A stretch of 64,000 bases of DNA, taken from the sequence record NC_041878.1. One strand, written 5' to 3'. Under the pieces are notes generated by a model, which was not told the origin of the DNA, ran no database searches, and worked only from the letters and a program-made list of their open reading frames with translations. Every line of letters starts with the position of its first letter. Within the stretch, counting starts at the first letter, position 1. The translations under genes were made by a program, and so were the position numbers. This document shows, in pieces, positions 7,663 to 16,723 of the stretch.

Positions 7663-8796
7663 TTACGCTTTACCTGCAATTACAACTTTACCAGTAAAGT
7701 TATCATTACTGATTAGAGTTATATTGTCAGAATCATCAATTTCAATGGTAATAGCAACAAGTTTAGTTCCATCATACACAGACAAAGACGGTGTTGGTTT
7801 GTTGTGAGTACTGAACGGTATTACCATTTCATATTCACTTCCATTTGCAACCCATACTAATGAAGTACTGTAAACTGTAGTTTGGTCAGTTGGTCCAATA
7901 ATTACAACGTCTAAATCTTGTGCAACATCCTGTGTAATTGTAACGTTACCATTTGCATCCACTGATACATCTGGATTATAAATTACACCATTAGGACTTT
8001 GAATTTGAAGTACTAAGTCAGTACCACGATTATGTTCACTTTCATTCAATACATAACTGAATGTACCATCTCCATTATCAACAAACTGACTTGCTGCTAC
8101 TGGAACATGTGTTGTGAAATCTGAATCTGCACCACTAGGTAATACTTCAAATGGAACAGTTGCAGTATTATAATGTGGTGAAGTAACCGTAATCGTACCC
8201 ATTCCTGGAGAAACGAACTGAACATTATCAAATGTAAAGACACGATTATGTACTGTAGTAGTATACTCAACTCCTTCTGGAGTAGTTAATGTCACAATCA
8301 TACCATCTTCATTTAGAGTTCCACTTGCAGCACTTATTGAACCAGTAACAGTTGTACTGTCAACGGTTACGGTATTAACTACAATAGAACCTAAGTCTGG
8401 AGTTGGAATACTACATTCAGGTGTGTACATATCGAATAGATATATACCATTACTTAATACAACTTTATTATACAAGAAACGGATTACAAATCCGTACTGA
8501 GACATAGAATCATTATAACCACGAACAAAGAATGAGTTTACTGGAATAAGATCCAGCAACTGATCATCTGTTAAACTATAGTCAAGAACTCTATTATTTG
8601 TGTTATAACCAGTTAATTGTACTTTTTGATACACCACTTCTGATACTGGATCAATCAAATCAAATACATTAATAGAACGTTGCTTGTAAATCCTTACATT
8701 TTTCAGCTTAGTTCCATTTTTAAGTAATGCACCATCAACAATAAATCCACATATACCATATGGGTAATCATTTATACCAGCGATAGGTTTAGCCAT
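7663..8796 (-). CDS. putative virion structural protein (beta-rich, Ig-like C-terminal modules)
   Basis: T/V/S/G-rich beta-strand composition, repeated HN..(T/P)..L.(I/V) modules, TAAATA upstream on the minus strand. Confidence 0.75.
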   Translation of the reverse strand: MAKPIAGINDYPYGICGFIVDGALLKNGTKLKNVRIYKQRSINVFDLIDPVSEVVYQKVQLTGYNTNNRVLDYSLTDDQLLDLIPVNSFFVRGYNDSMSQYGFVIRFLYNKVVLSNGIYLFDMYTPECSIPTPDLGSIVVNTVTVDSTTVTGSISAASGTLNEDGMIVTLTTPEGVEYTTTVHNRVFTFDNVQFVSPGMGTITVTSPHYNTATVPFEVLPSGADSDFTTHVPVAASQFVDNGDGTFSYVLNESEHNRGTDLVLQIQSPNGVIYNPDVSVDANGNVTITQDVAQDLDVVIIGPTDQTTVYSTSLVWVANGSEYEMVIPFSTHNKPTPSLSVYDGTKLVAITIEIDDSDNITLISNDNFTGKVVIAGKA

Positions 8797-8970
8797 ATAT
8801 CACTCCCTAGTTATTATAAAGTATTTATTTTATATGACCTGTTTTTCTTGACATTTTCACCCCCTTCTAGTACTATAAAAACCAAAGAAAACATGTATTA
8901 ACGACAGATTTTGCTTGACAAGACGGCATTTTTTGTTTATAATATATGGACATTAATTGAGGTAACATTT

Positions 8971-9546
8971 ATGACACGTTTGATTATTCGTGAAAACAAA
9001 ATGAAGATTCGTTTGCACCAGGATGAAGCAGAATCTTTCATGGCAAAGGCAGCAGCAAAAGCTGACAAGTACAATAAACTTGCACCAGCAGGAAAGTCGC
9101 CATACGGCTTTAACCACGCACATTCACACTTAGTTGGAATGGCAGCAGAACATGCTTCGTGGATTCTGTTCAATGAGGTTGAGGCTCTGGCGGGTATTAA
9201 CCTAAACATCGATCCTGCGTTTCAGGATGACCGCCGTGAAGGTGAATGCGACATTTACGTAGCAGGTAAACGCATTGAAGTAAAGGGTATTAAGTACGGT
9301 TCTTGGTTACGTTTCGGTCCATGTATCAGTGCACGTCAGTTACCTAAAATTCAAAAGAAAGCTGACATTGTTCTTTGGGCGTTGTATAATGAACGTTGTC
9401 AGGAATTCACTTTCGAGGGTTTCAACTACGTTGATGAGATTGCAACCTTAGAAACTGTTATGACAGGTGCAGAAGGTCGTCCACTGATAGAAAACTATCC
9501 AGTACTACCTATCATCAAACCAATGCAATCGCTTAGTTTACATTAA
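8971..9546 (+). CDS. putative PD-(D/E)XK nuclease
   Basis: ECDIYVAGKRIEVKG resembles D-x(6-8)-E-x-K; GAGG RBS before ATG 8971. Confidence 0.6.
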   Translation: MTRLIIRENKMKIRLHQDEAESFMAKAAAKADKYNKLAPAGKSPYGFNHAHSHLVGMAAEHASWILFNEVEALAGINLNIDPAFQDDRREGECDIYVAGKRIEVKGIKYGSWLRFGPCISARQLPKIQKKADIVLWALYNERCQEFTFEGFNYVDEIATLETVMTGAEGRPLIENYPVLPIIKPMQSLSLH

Positions 9547-9557
9547 GAGGTCTTAAA

Positions 9558-9863
9558 ATGAAAGTGTTCGGTATTTTGTTTCTCGCGGTAGTAGCGTATA
9601 TTGCTTTTATTCGTTTCGCAGATGCAAGTACTTTACCAACAAACAAATATGCTTTTTGTTCAGGTTACGCAAGTAAAATGCACGAAGTATATCGTTTGAA
9701 ACATTACCAAAAAATGCAAGAATTTTTCGAAGCACTCATTGGTAACAAAACAGATGAATTTACATCAGAGTACTATCAGTCAGGTTCAGAAGTAGTTAAA
9801 ACTGGTCTTTCCATTAAACTGAACGTCAATGATAAGTGCGAGGTGCTTTTCCATAAAGGGTAA
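9558..9863 (+). CDS. putative exported protein
   Basis: Signal peptide ending ADA. Confidence 0.75.
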   Translation: MKVFGILFLAVVAYIAFIRFADASTLPTNKYAFCSGYASKMHEVYRLKHYQKMQEFFEALIGNKTDEFTSEYYQSGSEVVKTGLSIKLNVNDKCEVLFHKG

Positions 9864-9866
9864 CAC

Positions 9867-10349
9867 ATGACAGAAGGTATTATATTTTTCTTTGCGTTTC
9901 AGGTTTTATTTGCAATTGCCAGTGGTGGCCTTGCACCTCGAATCATGTACGCATTGACAGTAAGTAATGGGTTCTGGAACTTCTTACAGAACTATGCTTT
10001 ATCTTATCAGGTATCATACGATCAGATACATAGTACTGAGAAGTTTCTACCTGAAGTTAATTCTAAGTTAGAGAAACTTTTAACTTTAGCATTAATTAAT
10101 GAAGCAGGTGTCGGTATAAGTACTGACTATCGCCGTGATAATGGTATAATACTTCGCATTGAAAAACCACATACGTTCACTGGTTCTGGATATGGCAATA
10201 CCGTCCATTTTTATATGGACAATGGTATGATTGATGAAGAAAAATATGCACTATCACCAACTGTTTTTATTCTTGCACAAAAAGTGTACAAGCGTGTACT
10301 TGCCGCTAAAGAGCAGGAAAAAATTGAAAAGAAACGAAGTAAAATCTAA
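9867..10349 (+). CDS. hypothetical membrane-anchored protein
   Basis: N-terminal hydrophobic segment. Confidence 0.75.
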   Translation: MTEGIIFFFAFQVLFAIASGGLAPRIMYALTVSNGFWNFLQNYALSYQVSYDQIHSTEKFLPEVNSKLEKLLTLALINEAGVGISTDYRRDNGIILRIEKPHTFTGSGYGNTVHFYMDNGMIDEEKYALSPTVFILAQKVYKRVLAAKEQEKIEKKRSKI

Positions 10350-10408
10350 TTGACTTCAGTTTTAAATTAAGTATAATATTTTAAAATCAAATTGTGCGAG
10401 GATTTAAT

Positions 10409-10930
10409 ATGTCATCTGTACTAGCAACTAAAATCACCAAAGGTATGATCAATCGTGCTGGTTATATTCCGATTGAAACAACGATGGATAATGGTGGTTT
10501 TCTCAGCATCATGGATGATGACTTTATGTATTATACTTTCAAAGATTGTTTGAAGGTTGACCGTACCGATTTCCACAAATGGGTATGTTATTGGGATTCT
10601 TACCCATTTGCAATTGTCTGTGATGTTAAAGCTGACAAACTCGCAAACGGATATACCAAAGTTGCCATTCTCAATAAACAAATTGTTCCGGTTTCTGAAG
10701 TTGGTGAATTCCCTTCTAAACGTAATATTTGTTTTGGTTCGATGATAAAAGGCAAATTCGTAACCAACAAAGGTGTTGAGCAGTACGTTACTGACAACTT
10801 CGGCAATGTTCAGGTTAGCACACGCACCAATGTAAGTACTGGTAAAAAAGAAAAAACTGTACTTTCAAATGATGAAATCAAAAATCTAAAAGAAGAAATG
10901 CAACGCAATTGGGGTTGTACTCTAAAATAA
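10409..10930 (+). CDS. hypothetical protein
   Basis: GAGG RBS; own promoter TTGACT..TATAAT at about 10351-10378. Confidence 0.8.
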   Translation: MSSVLATKITKGMINRAGYIPIETTMDNGGFLSIMDDDFMYYTFKDCLKVDRTDFHKWVCYWDSYPFAIVCDVKADKLANGYTKVAILNKQIVPVSEVGEFPSKRNICFGSMIKGKFVTNKGVEQYVTDNFGNVQVSTRTNVSTGKKEKTVLSNDEIKNLKEEMQRNWGCTLK

Positions 10931-10974
10931 TAAATTCGGGGATTAACTATCCCCGAAACTTTTAATGGTGAAAT

Positions 10975-11445
10975 ATGAAACGTTCAACTTTTCTTGGTAT
11001 TACCTTAGCATTAATTGCAGTTGAAATTGCATATACTACTGCAAGCCTGAATGAAACATATCAATTCATGAATGGTGTACTACAAAATAAGTACTACGCT
11101 CTGTTTGCAATTTCATATATCGGGTTCGTATTATTCTCAGGATGGTTCTTTACTTTTTCAGTACCAACACTTGAGTATAAACGCCAAGTACATGGGTACT
11201 TTGAAGAAGTATTCGGACAAGAGAAATATAGTTTCCTGTATACTTATCACTTCCTTGCATTCGCGGTAGCAACATTTTATCTCAGTGCCTGGCCGTACTT
11301 TATTATGAGTACTGTTATGTGGCTATTCTGGACATGGGTACGTTCTAAGCAGAATGAATATGCGGAAGAATACGAACTCGAACGTAAGAAGGAAGAAGCT
11401 AAACATAAACCAACTGTAGTACTTGATCGTACTGATTTACTATAA
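10975..11445 (+). CDS. multi-pass membrane protein
   Basis: 3-4 hydrophobic segments. Confidence 0.8.
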   Translation: MKRSTFLGITLALIAVEIAYTTASLNETYQFMNGVLQNKYYALFAISYIGFVLFSGWFFTFSVPTLEYKRQVHGYFEEVFGQEKYSFLYTYHFLAFAVATFYLSAWPYFIMSTVMWLFWTWVRSKQNEYAEEYELERKKEEAKHKPTVVLDRTDLL

Positions 11446-11454
11446 GAGGGAACT

Positions 11455-11904
11455 ATGTATTCACAAATGTTAACTAAGTTCTTGTTTGGATTCTTTGCTC
11501 TGTACCTTATTGCATTGTACGGTTCAGTAGCAATAACTTACAAAAGCTTACCACTAATCATTGCTTCACAATGGTATACTTTAGCATCAGTCATTGTAGT
11601 ACTTACCGCATTCTGTGCGTTATGTGCAACAGTTTTAAATGTAGGAATTATTTTTGAAGTTGATAATGATTGTAAACGCTTTAAGCTCAAGATATATGAA
11701 ATACTGAACGATAAAGTTATTAGTCCTGTATGGCATTGGATACTTGCAATCAGTATGATTGGTTTATTCCAAATTGGTCATTACGGTGATTCATTAGTAA
11801 CGCTTTGTTTATTTTCATGTATTCTAACTTTCCGTATCGCACATCAAAGTGTTGTGCGAAAAGCGAAAATACAAGTACTGAACGCAGCTATAACTAAAAA
11901 ATAA
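11455..11904 (+). CDS. multi-pass membrane protein
   Basis: 4 hydrophobic segments. Confidence 0.8.
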   Translation: MYSQMLTKFLFGFFALYLIALYGSVAITYKSLPLIIASQWYTLASVIVVLTAFCALCATVLNVGIIFEVDNDCKRFKLKIYEILNDKVISPVWHWILAISMIGLFQIGHYGDSLVTLCLFSCILTFRIAHQSVVRKAKIQVLNAAITKK

Positions 11905-11975
11905 ATCAAATACCAGTTGACTCAACGTGGGTTAACTGGTATACTTTTCAGTATATTAAGTGATGGAGAAATAAA

Positions 11976-12221
11976 ATGAACCAGCAAGAAATTGTACAAA
12001 GCGTCAAGGAAAAAGAAGTACTGATCAACGATCATCATGTTCGCATCAAAGCGTTGTATGAAGAAATCAATACTGGTCTTCAGCAATCCGGTGGTGTACG
12101 TACTTCAGAAGTAGATGAGAAGTATAAAAAGATCGATGCTGCCTTTGGTGCTAAATCAAAACTCGAAGGTGAAGTTCGTAATCTGAAAAAGCAATTGCTA
12201 GAGATGGTACTGAGTGAATAA
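11976..12221 (+). CDS. coiled-coil hypothetical protein
   Basis: GGAG RBS; hairpin-embedded promoter at 11917-11945. Confidence 0.75.
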   Translation: MNQQEIVQSVKEKEVLINDHHVRIKALYEEINTGLQQSGGVRTSEVDEKYKKIDAAFGAKSKLEGEVRNLKKQLLEMVLSE

Positions 12222-12939
12222 ATCAAACATTGAAACCTTGATCTATAATCTCAGTGCAGTGAAGTATCAATTTGCAATTGTATGTGAAACTGCACTAGAC
12301 CAGTTGAGCCATTATTTTTGTACAATTGGTAATGCAATTAACTACGATCCTGTTCGTGGTATGATAGACTGTGATCGTTCTGGTAATTATTTTTGTATTA
12401 TCGAAAATCACATCTTCAGTTTCGATGATATTCAGGCACAACGTAAAAAATCATGCGAAGAATTGGAAGTACAGTACAATCGCTTGAAAGAAATTTTTGG
12501 CGATGAAGTACCTGAAAACATGAAGCGTTTGTACGTTGATGAAATTGAAAAACTGAAAAAACCGTTTGAAGTACTAGACGAATCATACTTTTTCAGTTAT
12601 AATGATATTGCACGTGAGATGATAGATGCCGTGCAAAAACGTTTTGAAGAAGATCGTCATCTGCGTTTACAGATTAACACTCCTGTAATCGATGAACAGT
12701 GCTCTATCATCTTTAAAGTAAAGAATACTGACAATCCACTAATTGTTAAATTGGCTATTACTACGTGTAAAGCTTGGATTGAAGTACTGGAGTATTATGT
12801 ACAAGCTGAATGGTACTTTACTGAAGAAGAAATTCAGAAGTATCAGGGAGCATCGCATTACTTTTCGTTAAGTTACATCAATACATGTATTGATAAATTC
12901 AAACAGATTGTTGAAAACCTGGAGAATCAAAATGCTTAA
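12214..12939 (+). CDS. hypothetical protein (241 aa)
   Basis: Long ORF overlapping neighbours. Confidence 0.8.
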   Translation: MNKSNIETLIYNLSAVKYQFAIVCETALDQLSHYFCTIGNAINYDPVRGMIDCDRSGNYFCIIENHIFSFDDIQAQRKKSCEELEVQYNRLKEIFGDEVPENMKRLYVDEIEKLKKPFEVLDESYFFSYNDIAREMIDAVQKRFEEDRHLRLQINTPVIDEQCSIIFKVKNTDNPLIVKLAITTCKAWIEVLEYYVQAEWYFTEEEIQKYQGASHYFSLSYINTCIDKFKQIVENLENQNA

Positions 12940-13051
12940 ACCAATTATTCTGCTGATCGTTGTTCTCGGTATTGGTGCTGCTGGTGGTTATACTTATGGC
13001 ACAAAACATCCTACAATGGGTGATTGTGTAAATTCGGTTATTGGGAGTTAA
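12932..13051 (+). CDS. small membrane/exported peptide (39 aa)
   Basis: Not in ORF track; GGAG RBS, hydrophobic N-terminus. Confidence 0.6.
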   Translation: MLKPIILLIVVLGIGAAGGYTYGTKHPTMGDCVNSVIGS

Positions 13052-13053
13052 AA

Positions 13054-13488
13054 ATGGAAATCAGTCGTAAATCCTGGCATTATCGCATGACTGCATGGTG
13101 CTGGGATCATTTTGGGAAAACACCATCTAATTCACTGTGTGGTTATTTCTGGCAGATGGTGTTTTCCCCATTTGTAGTAATTGGTATGTATGCTGCAATT
13201 CTGGTCGTAGCACTTATCATGCTAAGTTGGGGTTTGTATTTCTCTGGTGCAATGCTTTGTAATGTTCTGCACTGGATTAATGTACTTCCTGATTCTTTTG
13301 ATATGGTTCCTGGTGTATTCAACTGGCGACACATGGTAGTTTCAGTACTGATTACATCTGGTATCGCTGCAAAAGTTGCATATTCAATCTATAAAGAAGA
13401 TCATCCAAACAAAGAGCCAAACGTTATATTCGAATTTATTAAAGCGAAGAAACGTAAAATCTGCCCACTGATCGAATTTAAAGATTAA
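13054..13488 (+). CDS. membrane protein
   Basis: GGGAG RBS; hydrophobic segments. Confidence 0.8.
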   Translation: MEISRKSWHYRMTAWCWDHFGKTPSNSLCGYFWQMVFSPFVVIGMYAAILVVALIMLSWGLYFSGAMLCNVLHWINVLPDSFDMVPGVFNWRHMVVSVLITSGIAAKVAYSIYKEDHPNKEPNVIFEFIKAKKRKICPLIEFKD

Positions 13489-13541
13489 GTTTTAATGTAC
13501 TACCCATTTAGAGTAGTACATTTTATTTTAAGGAAGTTATT

Positions 13542-14069
13542 ATGTTCAAAGTTGGTAATTGGATAGTTCTTACGCTCGAAGATGCATTTAACAGGTGTCA
13601 TGCACAAAATAGGGATATTACTAATATCATTCGTGATACTCCCATTAAAGTACTGCGACTTGATAGTGATGGTGATATACGTGAATGGTGTACTCCTAGT
13701 GGTGTACGTCACTCCATGACAATTACCACACGTGAACAACTTTTTTTCACGTTACATGATAGCAGTTCAGAATATGGTTCTTTCAAAATTATCCTGACTT
13801 ATATCGAAGATGGTAAAACGATTGAAGAAGAAGGTGTAACATTTGTCTCTATGGATCACAATTCCATTGAGTACAAATACAATCGTAAGAAACTTGGCTT
13901 TATCAAATATAAAGGTGAAGTTAAGTTAAACATCGATGAACTAAAACAAATTACGATTAGTACTCCTGAAAACGAACGAGTATATCATATCGAAAATGGC
14001 GTGATTGTGCGTGAACATATTATGTATGATCATGAACGTAAATTTAAACGTTTCAAGCTGGGGAATTAA
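13542..14069 (+). CDS. hypothetical protein
   Basis: AAGGA RBS. Confidence 0.8.
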   Translation: MFKVGNWIVLTLEDAFNRCHAQNRDITNIIRDTPIKVLRLDSDGDIREWCTPSGVRHSMTITTREQLFFTLHDSSSEYGSFKIILTYIEDGKTIEEEGVTFVSMDHNSIEYKYNRKKLGFIKYKGEVKLNIDELKQITISTPENERVYHIENGVIVREHIMYDHERKFKRFKLGN

Positions 14070-14070
14070 A

Positions 14071-14394
14071 ATGCAAAACAATAATACGATTGGAACACCA
14101 CTGTGGATGCGAAGTCCAATGCATGAGTACTATGTAGTACAGAATGGTGCTAAGTACATTGCTATCGACCAACATAGTGGTGGTTATCCATATGACACTA
14201 ATTTTTCTTCTGCTGAACGTTATTCAACATTAGAACTAGCAGTACAATCAATGAAACGTAATTCAGGTACTGCTGTTGTTCATTGTAAAATTTACGGTGA
14301 AGTTGTTCAGCAATGTGAAATTGATCACCAGTTGCGTTTATCTGCAATTGCAAAACTTACACCTGAAGAAATTCGTGCATTGGGGTTAGGTTAA
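14071..14394 (+). CDS. hypothetical phage protein
   Basis: GGGGA RBS; C-terminal SAIAKLTPEEIRALGL. Confidence 0.8.
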   Translation: MQNNNTIGTPLWMRSPMHEYYVVQNGAKYIAIDQHSGGYPYDTNFSSAERYSTLELAVQSMKRNSGTAVVHCKIYGEVVQQCEIDHQLRLSAIAKLTPEEIRALGLG

Positions 14395-14777
14395 TGTTGG
14401 GTTCATTGGGATTGTTCTGGAGTGAAGAAGATGGTACTATGATTCTTTCTCCATGTGATGAATCATTCCAGGAACCTAAAGTGGCGTATTTTTACATTCA
14501 AGTTGAAACTGAATCGGAATATAAGCATATTCGCATAGACAAGTGGAATACTCCTGTGCGAACCAATGACCATTTCGAATGTACCCGCTTCGATACGTAT
14601 GAAGAAGCGTTGGAAGTAGTAAAGACATTTAACCTTGTCAGTACTTCTCATGTACATAAGATTCGTCTTGCTCGTGTAACTGGTACGTACATGTGGGATG
14701 ATATAGTGTACGCTCATTGCTCCTTGAAAAATCTAGGAAATGGTAAATTTGGCCTTGCAATCAGCGAACGCATGTGA
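14394..14777 (+). CDS. hypothetical protein
   Basis: Coupled TAATG start. Confidence 0.75.
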   Translation: MLGSLGLFWSEEDGTMILSPCDESFQEPKVAYFYIQVETESEYKHIRIDKWNTPVRTNDHFECTRFDTYEEALEVVKTFNLVSTSHVHKIRLARVTGTYMWDDIVYAHCSLKNLGNGKFGLAISERM

Positions 14778-14834
14778 TATATTATTTTACATCGAGGGGA
14801 GATAACCTTCCCTCCCTATTAAGTGAGAATTCAA

Positions 14835-15026
14835 ATGACAGCATATGAAATGTGTATTGCGAACATTGCTCGTAAAGTCCGTTCTACCAACCATAACACC
14901 GCTGAAGGTGTACAAATGCCATCTGCATTTGAGTATTCAGTCGGTATTGCTGCTGGCTTTTGTAAAGATCCGAAAGAAGTTGTGATGGACATTTTCAACT
15001 TCAGCGAAGATAATCATAATTCCTGA
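14835..15026 (+). CDS. small hypothetical protein
   Basis: TTAAGTGAGA leader before ATG 14835. Confidence 0.7.
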   Translation: MTAYEMCIANIARKVRSTNHNTAEGVQMPSAFEYSVGIAAGFCKDPKEVVMDIFNFSEDNHNS

Positions 15027-15058
15027 AGGTACATTCTAGAGAAATTTAAAAAAAATCC

Positions 15059-15178
15059 TTGACAGTACTAAACAATGTGCTATACTGATAAGGTTCAAGC
15101 GGAAAGACAAGTTTTAAAAATCTTCTCGCTAAAAAGTTTAAAAAAGTACTTGACAACCACTTCGTTAGATAGTACAAT
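15059..15178 (+). promoter_or_regulatory. tandem sigma70 promoters with A-tract UP elements
   Basis: TTGACA 15059/TATACT 15081 and TTGACA 15150/TACAAT 15173; both followed by CTGATAAGG. Confidence 0.85.
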
Positions 15179-15184
15179 GTAGTC

Positions 15185-16095
15185 TCTGATAAGGAACAAA
15201 GTGTTCCGAAGCTGATAAAGAGTTCAGCGTGTTAAATCTAAAAAGAGGATTGAACGCAAATGTAACAGTTAAATATTAAATTTTATAATATTGATGACTA
15301 GGAACTTTTTTGATTTTTAAATCTGGGCGAATGGTTCCCCCGATAACCGGAAAACTTTGAGGATCGCAATCATGAAGTAATTAACACTAATTGAATCTGA
15401 TCATTTAAAATATTGCCGAGTTATTAGTGGTACGGGGCGGTGTCCAGGCAAAAAACGCCGCTACCTATTATCCACGAATGAATGACATTTTGCAAAGAAC
15501 GAGTACTGCGTAAAGAGTACAAGCTGAGAGGAAACCGATACTCTTGAAATTATCAGTTATCGGCAGAGAATCTATGAAGGCTGTTCTTGTCTGACTTCGC
15601 CGTAGAAAAGTAACGGTACAAGGGTTATGTGAGATGTGTGAATCTTGCTGTAATGATGGATAACGAGTTAAGGCGTTTGATGGCTTACAGTCGGGTGATC
15701 CGGTCACAAATTAGGAGTAGAAACACAACTAACTGATCATGGTTAGATGAAGCTAAGGCAGAGCTTTCTCGTAAGTATTTGGTACGGGTACGGTGAGATG
15801 CATACCGTGAGTGTTTCAAACATGTGCGAACTGTATAGCGTAGATACAGTAACTCTTTCGAGAGTTGTTTGATTAACCGCATATGTCGAACTTTCCGAAC
15901 AAAGTTCAAAACAGAATTGAAGTACTACGAAGTTGCGTGTTATAATCAGTTCGGTGAGGACTAACACGCAGCGATTTAATTACTGTACTGAATTGTATCA
16001 TTCACAGTTTCGAGTTTGTGATGCAATAAGGTGATAGTAATAAGTTCGAGCAAAACATAGGTTGTCTGAGCAGTGAAGCTGTTAACTTCATGATA
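15185..16095 (+). ncRNA. candidate large structured non-coding RNA (about 0.8-0.9 kb)
   Basis: No plus-strand ORF of 60 aa or more; downstream of tandem promoters; many stems including a UUCG tetraloop hairpin at 15851-15866. Confidence 0.65.
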
Positions 16096-16099
16096 AGCC

Positions 16100-16128
16100 T
16101 TGACAATTAGGGAATAGCCGACTATAAT
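16100..16128 (+). promoter_or_regulatory. sigma70 promoter
   Basis: TTGACA-N17-TATAAT perfect consensus. Confidence 0.9.
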
Positions 16129-16251
16129 GTGTTTATAGATTCCCCACTACCTGTAAATGGTTAGCCCAAGTGCAGTAAAGATGTTTCGGTACGGGAGTTC
16201 ACACAAAAAGGACTCCCACCTTTTAAGTTAGCTGATTAAGTGAGAATAATA

Positions 16252-16482
16252 ATGAAAAACGCACTCAAAACCCAATTGTTCAAAATGATTAAGAGCACTG
16301 CATCTGAACGCAATATGTCTCAGCGTGACCTGGGGAAAGCGTTGCAGGTTTCTCAACCACGTATTTCTAACCTTCTTGACGAGCGTCAAGATCTGTTCAG
16401 TATCGATAAACTGCTTGAATTCGTTGATACGTTAGGGTATCATGTAGAAATCAAAGCAGTGGAAAAGGAGACAGTACAATGA
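16252..16482 (+). CDS. XRE-family helix-turn-helix protein (HigA-like)
   Basis: MSQRDLGKALQVSQPRISNLL...FSIDKLLEFVDTLG. Confidence 0.85.
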   Translation: MKNALKTQLFKMIKSTASERNMSQRDLGKALQVSQPRISNLLDERQDLFSIDKLLEFVDTLGYHVEIKAVEKETVQ

Positions 16483-16628
16483 AAGAATATATTGTAGAGT
16501 ACTTCCAGAAAGGCGGTTCTAACCCGTTAGCTACTCGCCAGTTCGCACATAACGAAGCAATGGCTCGTACTAATGCGAAGAACGAAAAAGGCCAGGATAT
16601 TATTATCCGCAGCGTAAAACCTGCATAA
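16479..16628 (+). CDS. small hypothetical protein (49 aa)
   Basis: ATGA overlap, AAGGAG RBS; not in ORF track. Confidence 0.7.
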   Translation: MKEYIVEYFQKGGSNPLATRQFAHNEAMARTNAKNEKGQDIIIRSVKPA

Positions 16629-16654
16629 CAAAAGCCAGTTACCCCACATTCAGA

Positions 16655-16681
16655 AAAGCCAGCTTAGCTCTGGCTTTTTTT
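16655..16681 (+). terminator. intrinsic terminator
   Basis: AAAGCCAG..CTGGCTTT followed by T run. Confidence 0.75.
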
Positions 16682-16723
16682 ATTGGATAATTTTAGTTGT
16701 TGCTATTTTGTACGGAGATAAAA

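Noticed and set aside
15468-15967. Minus-strand ORFs 15468..15707, 15685..15909, 15743..15967
   Set aside because: Mutually overlapping, no RBS, atypical composition, and antisense to two strong promoters; likely chance ORFs in a GC-richer RNA gene.
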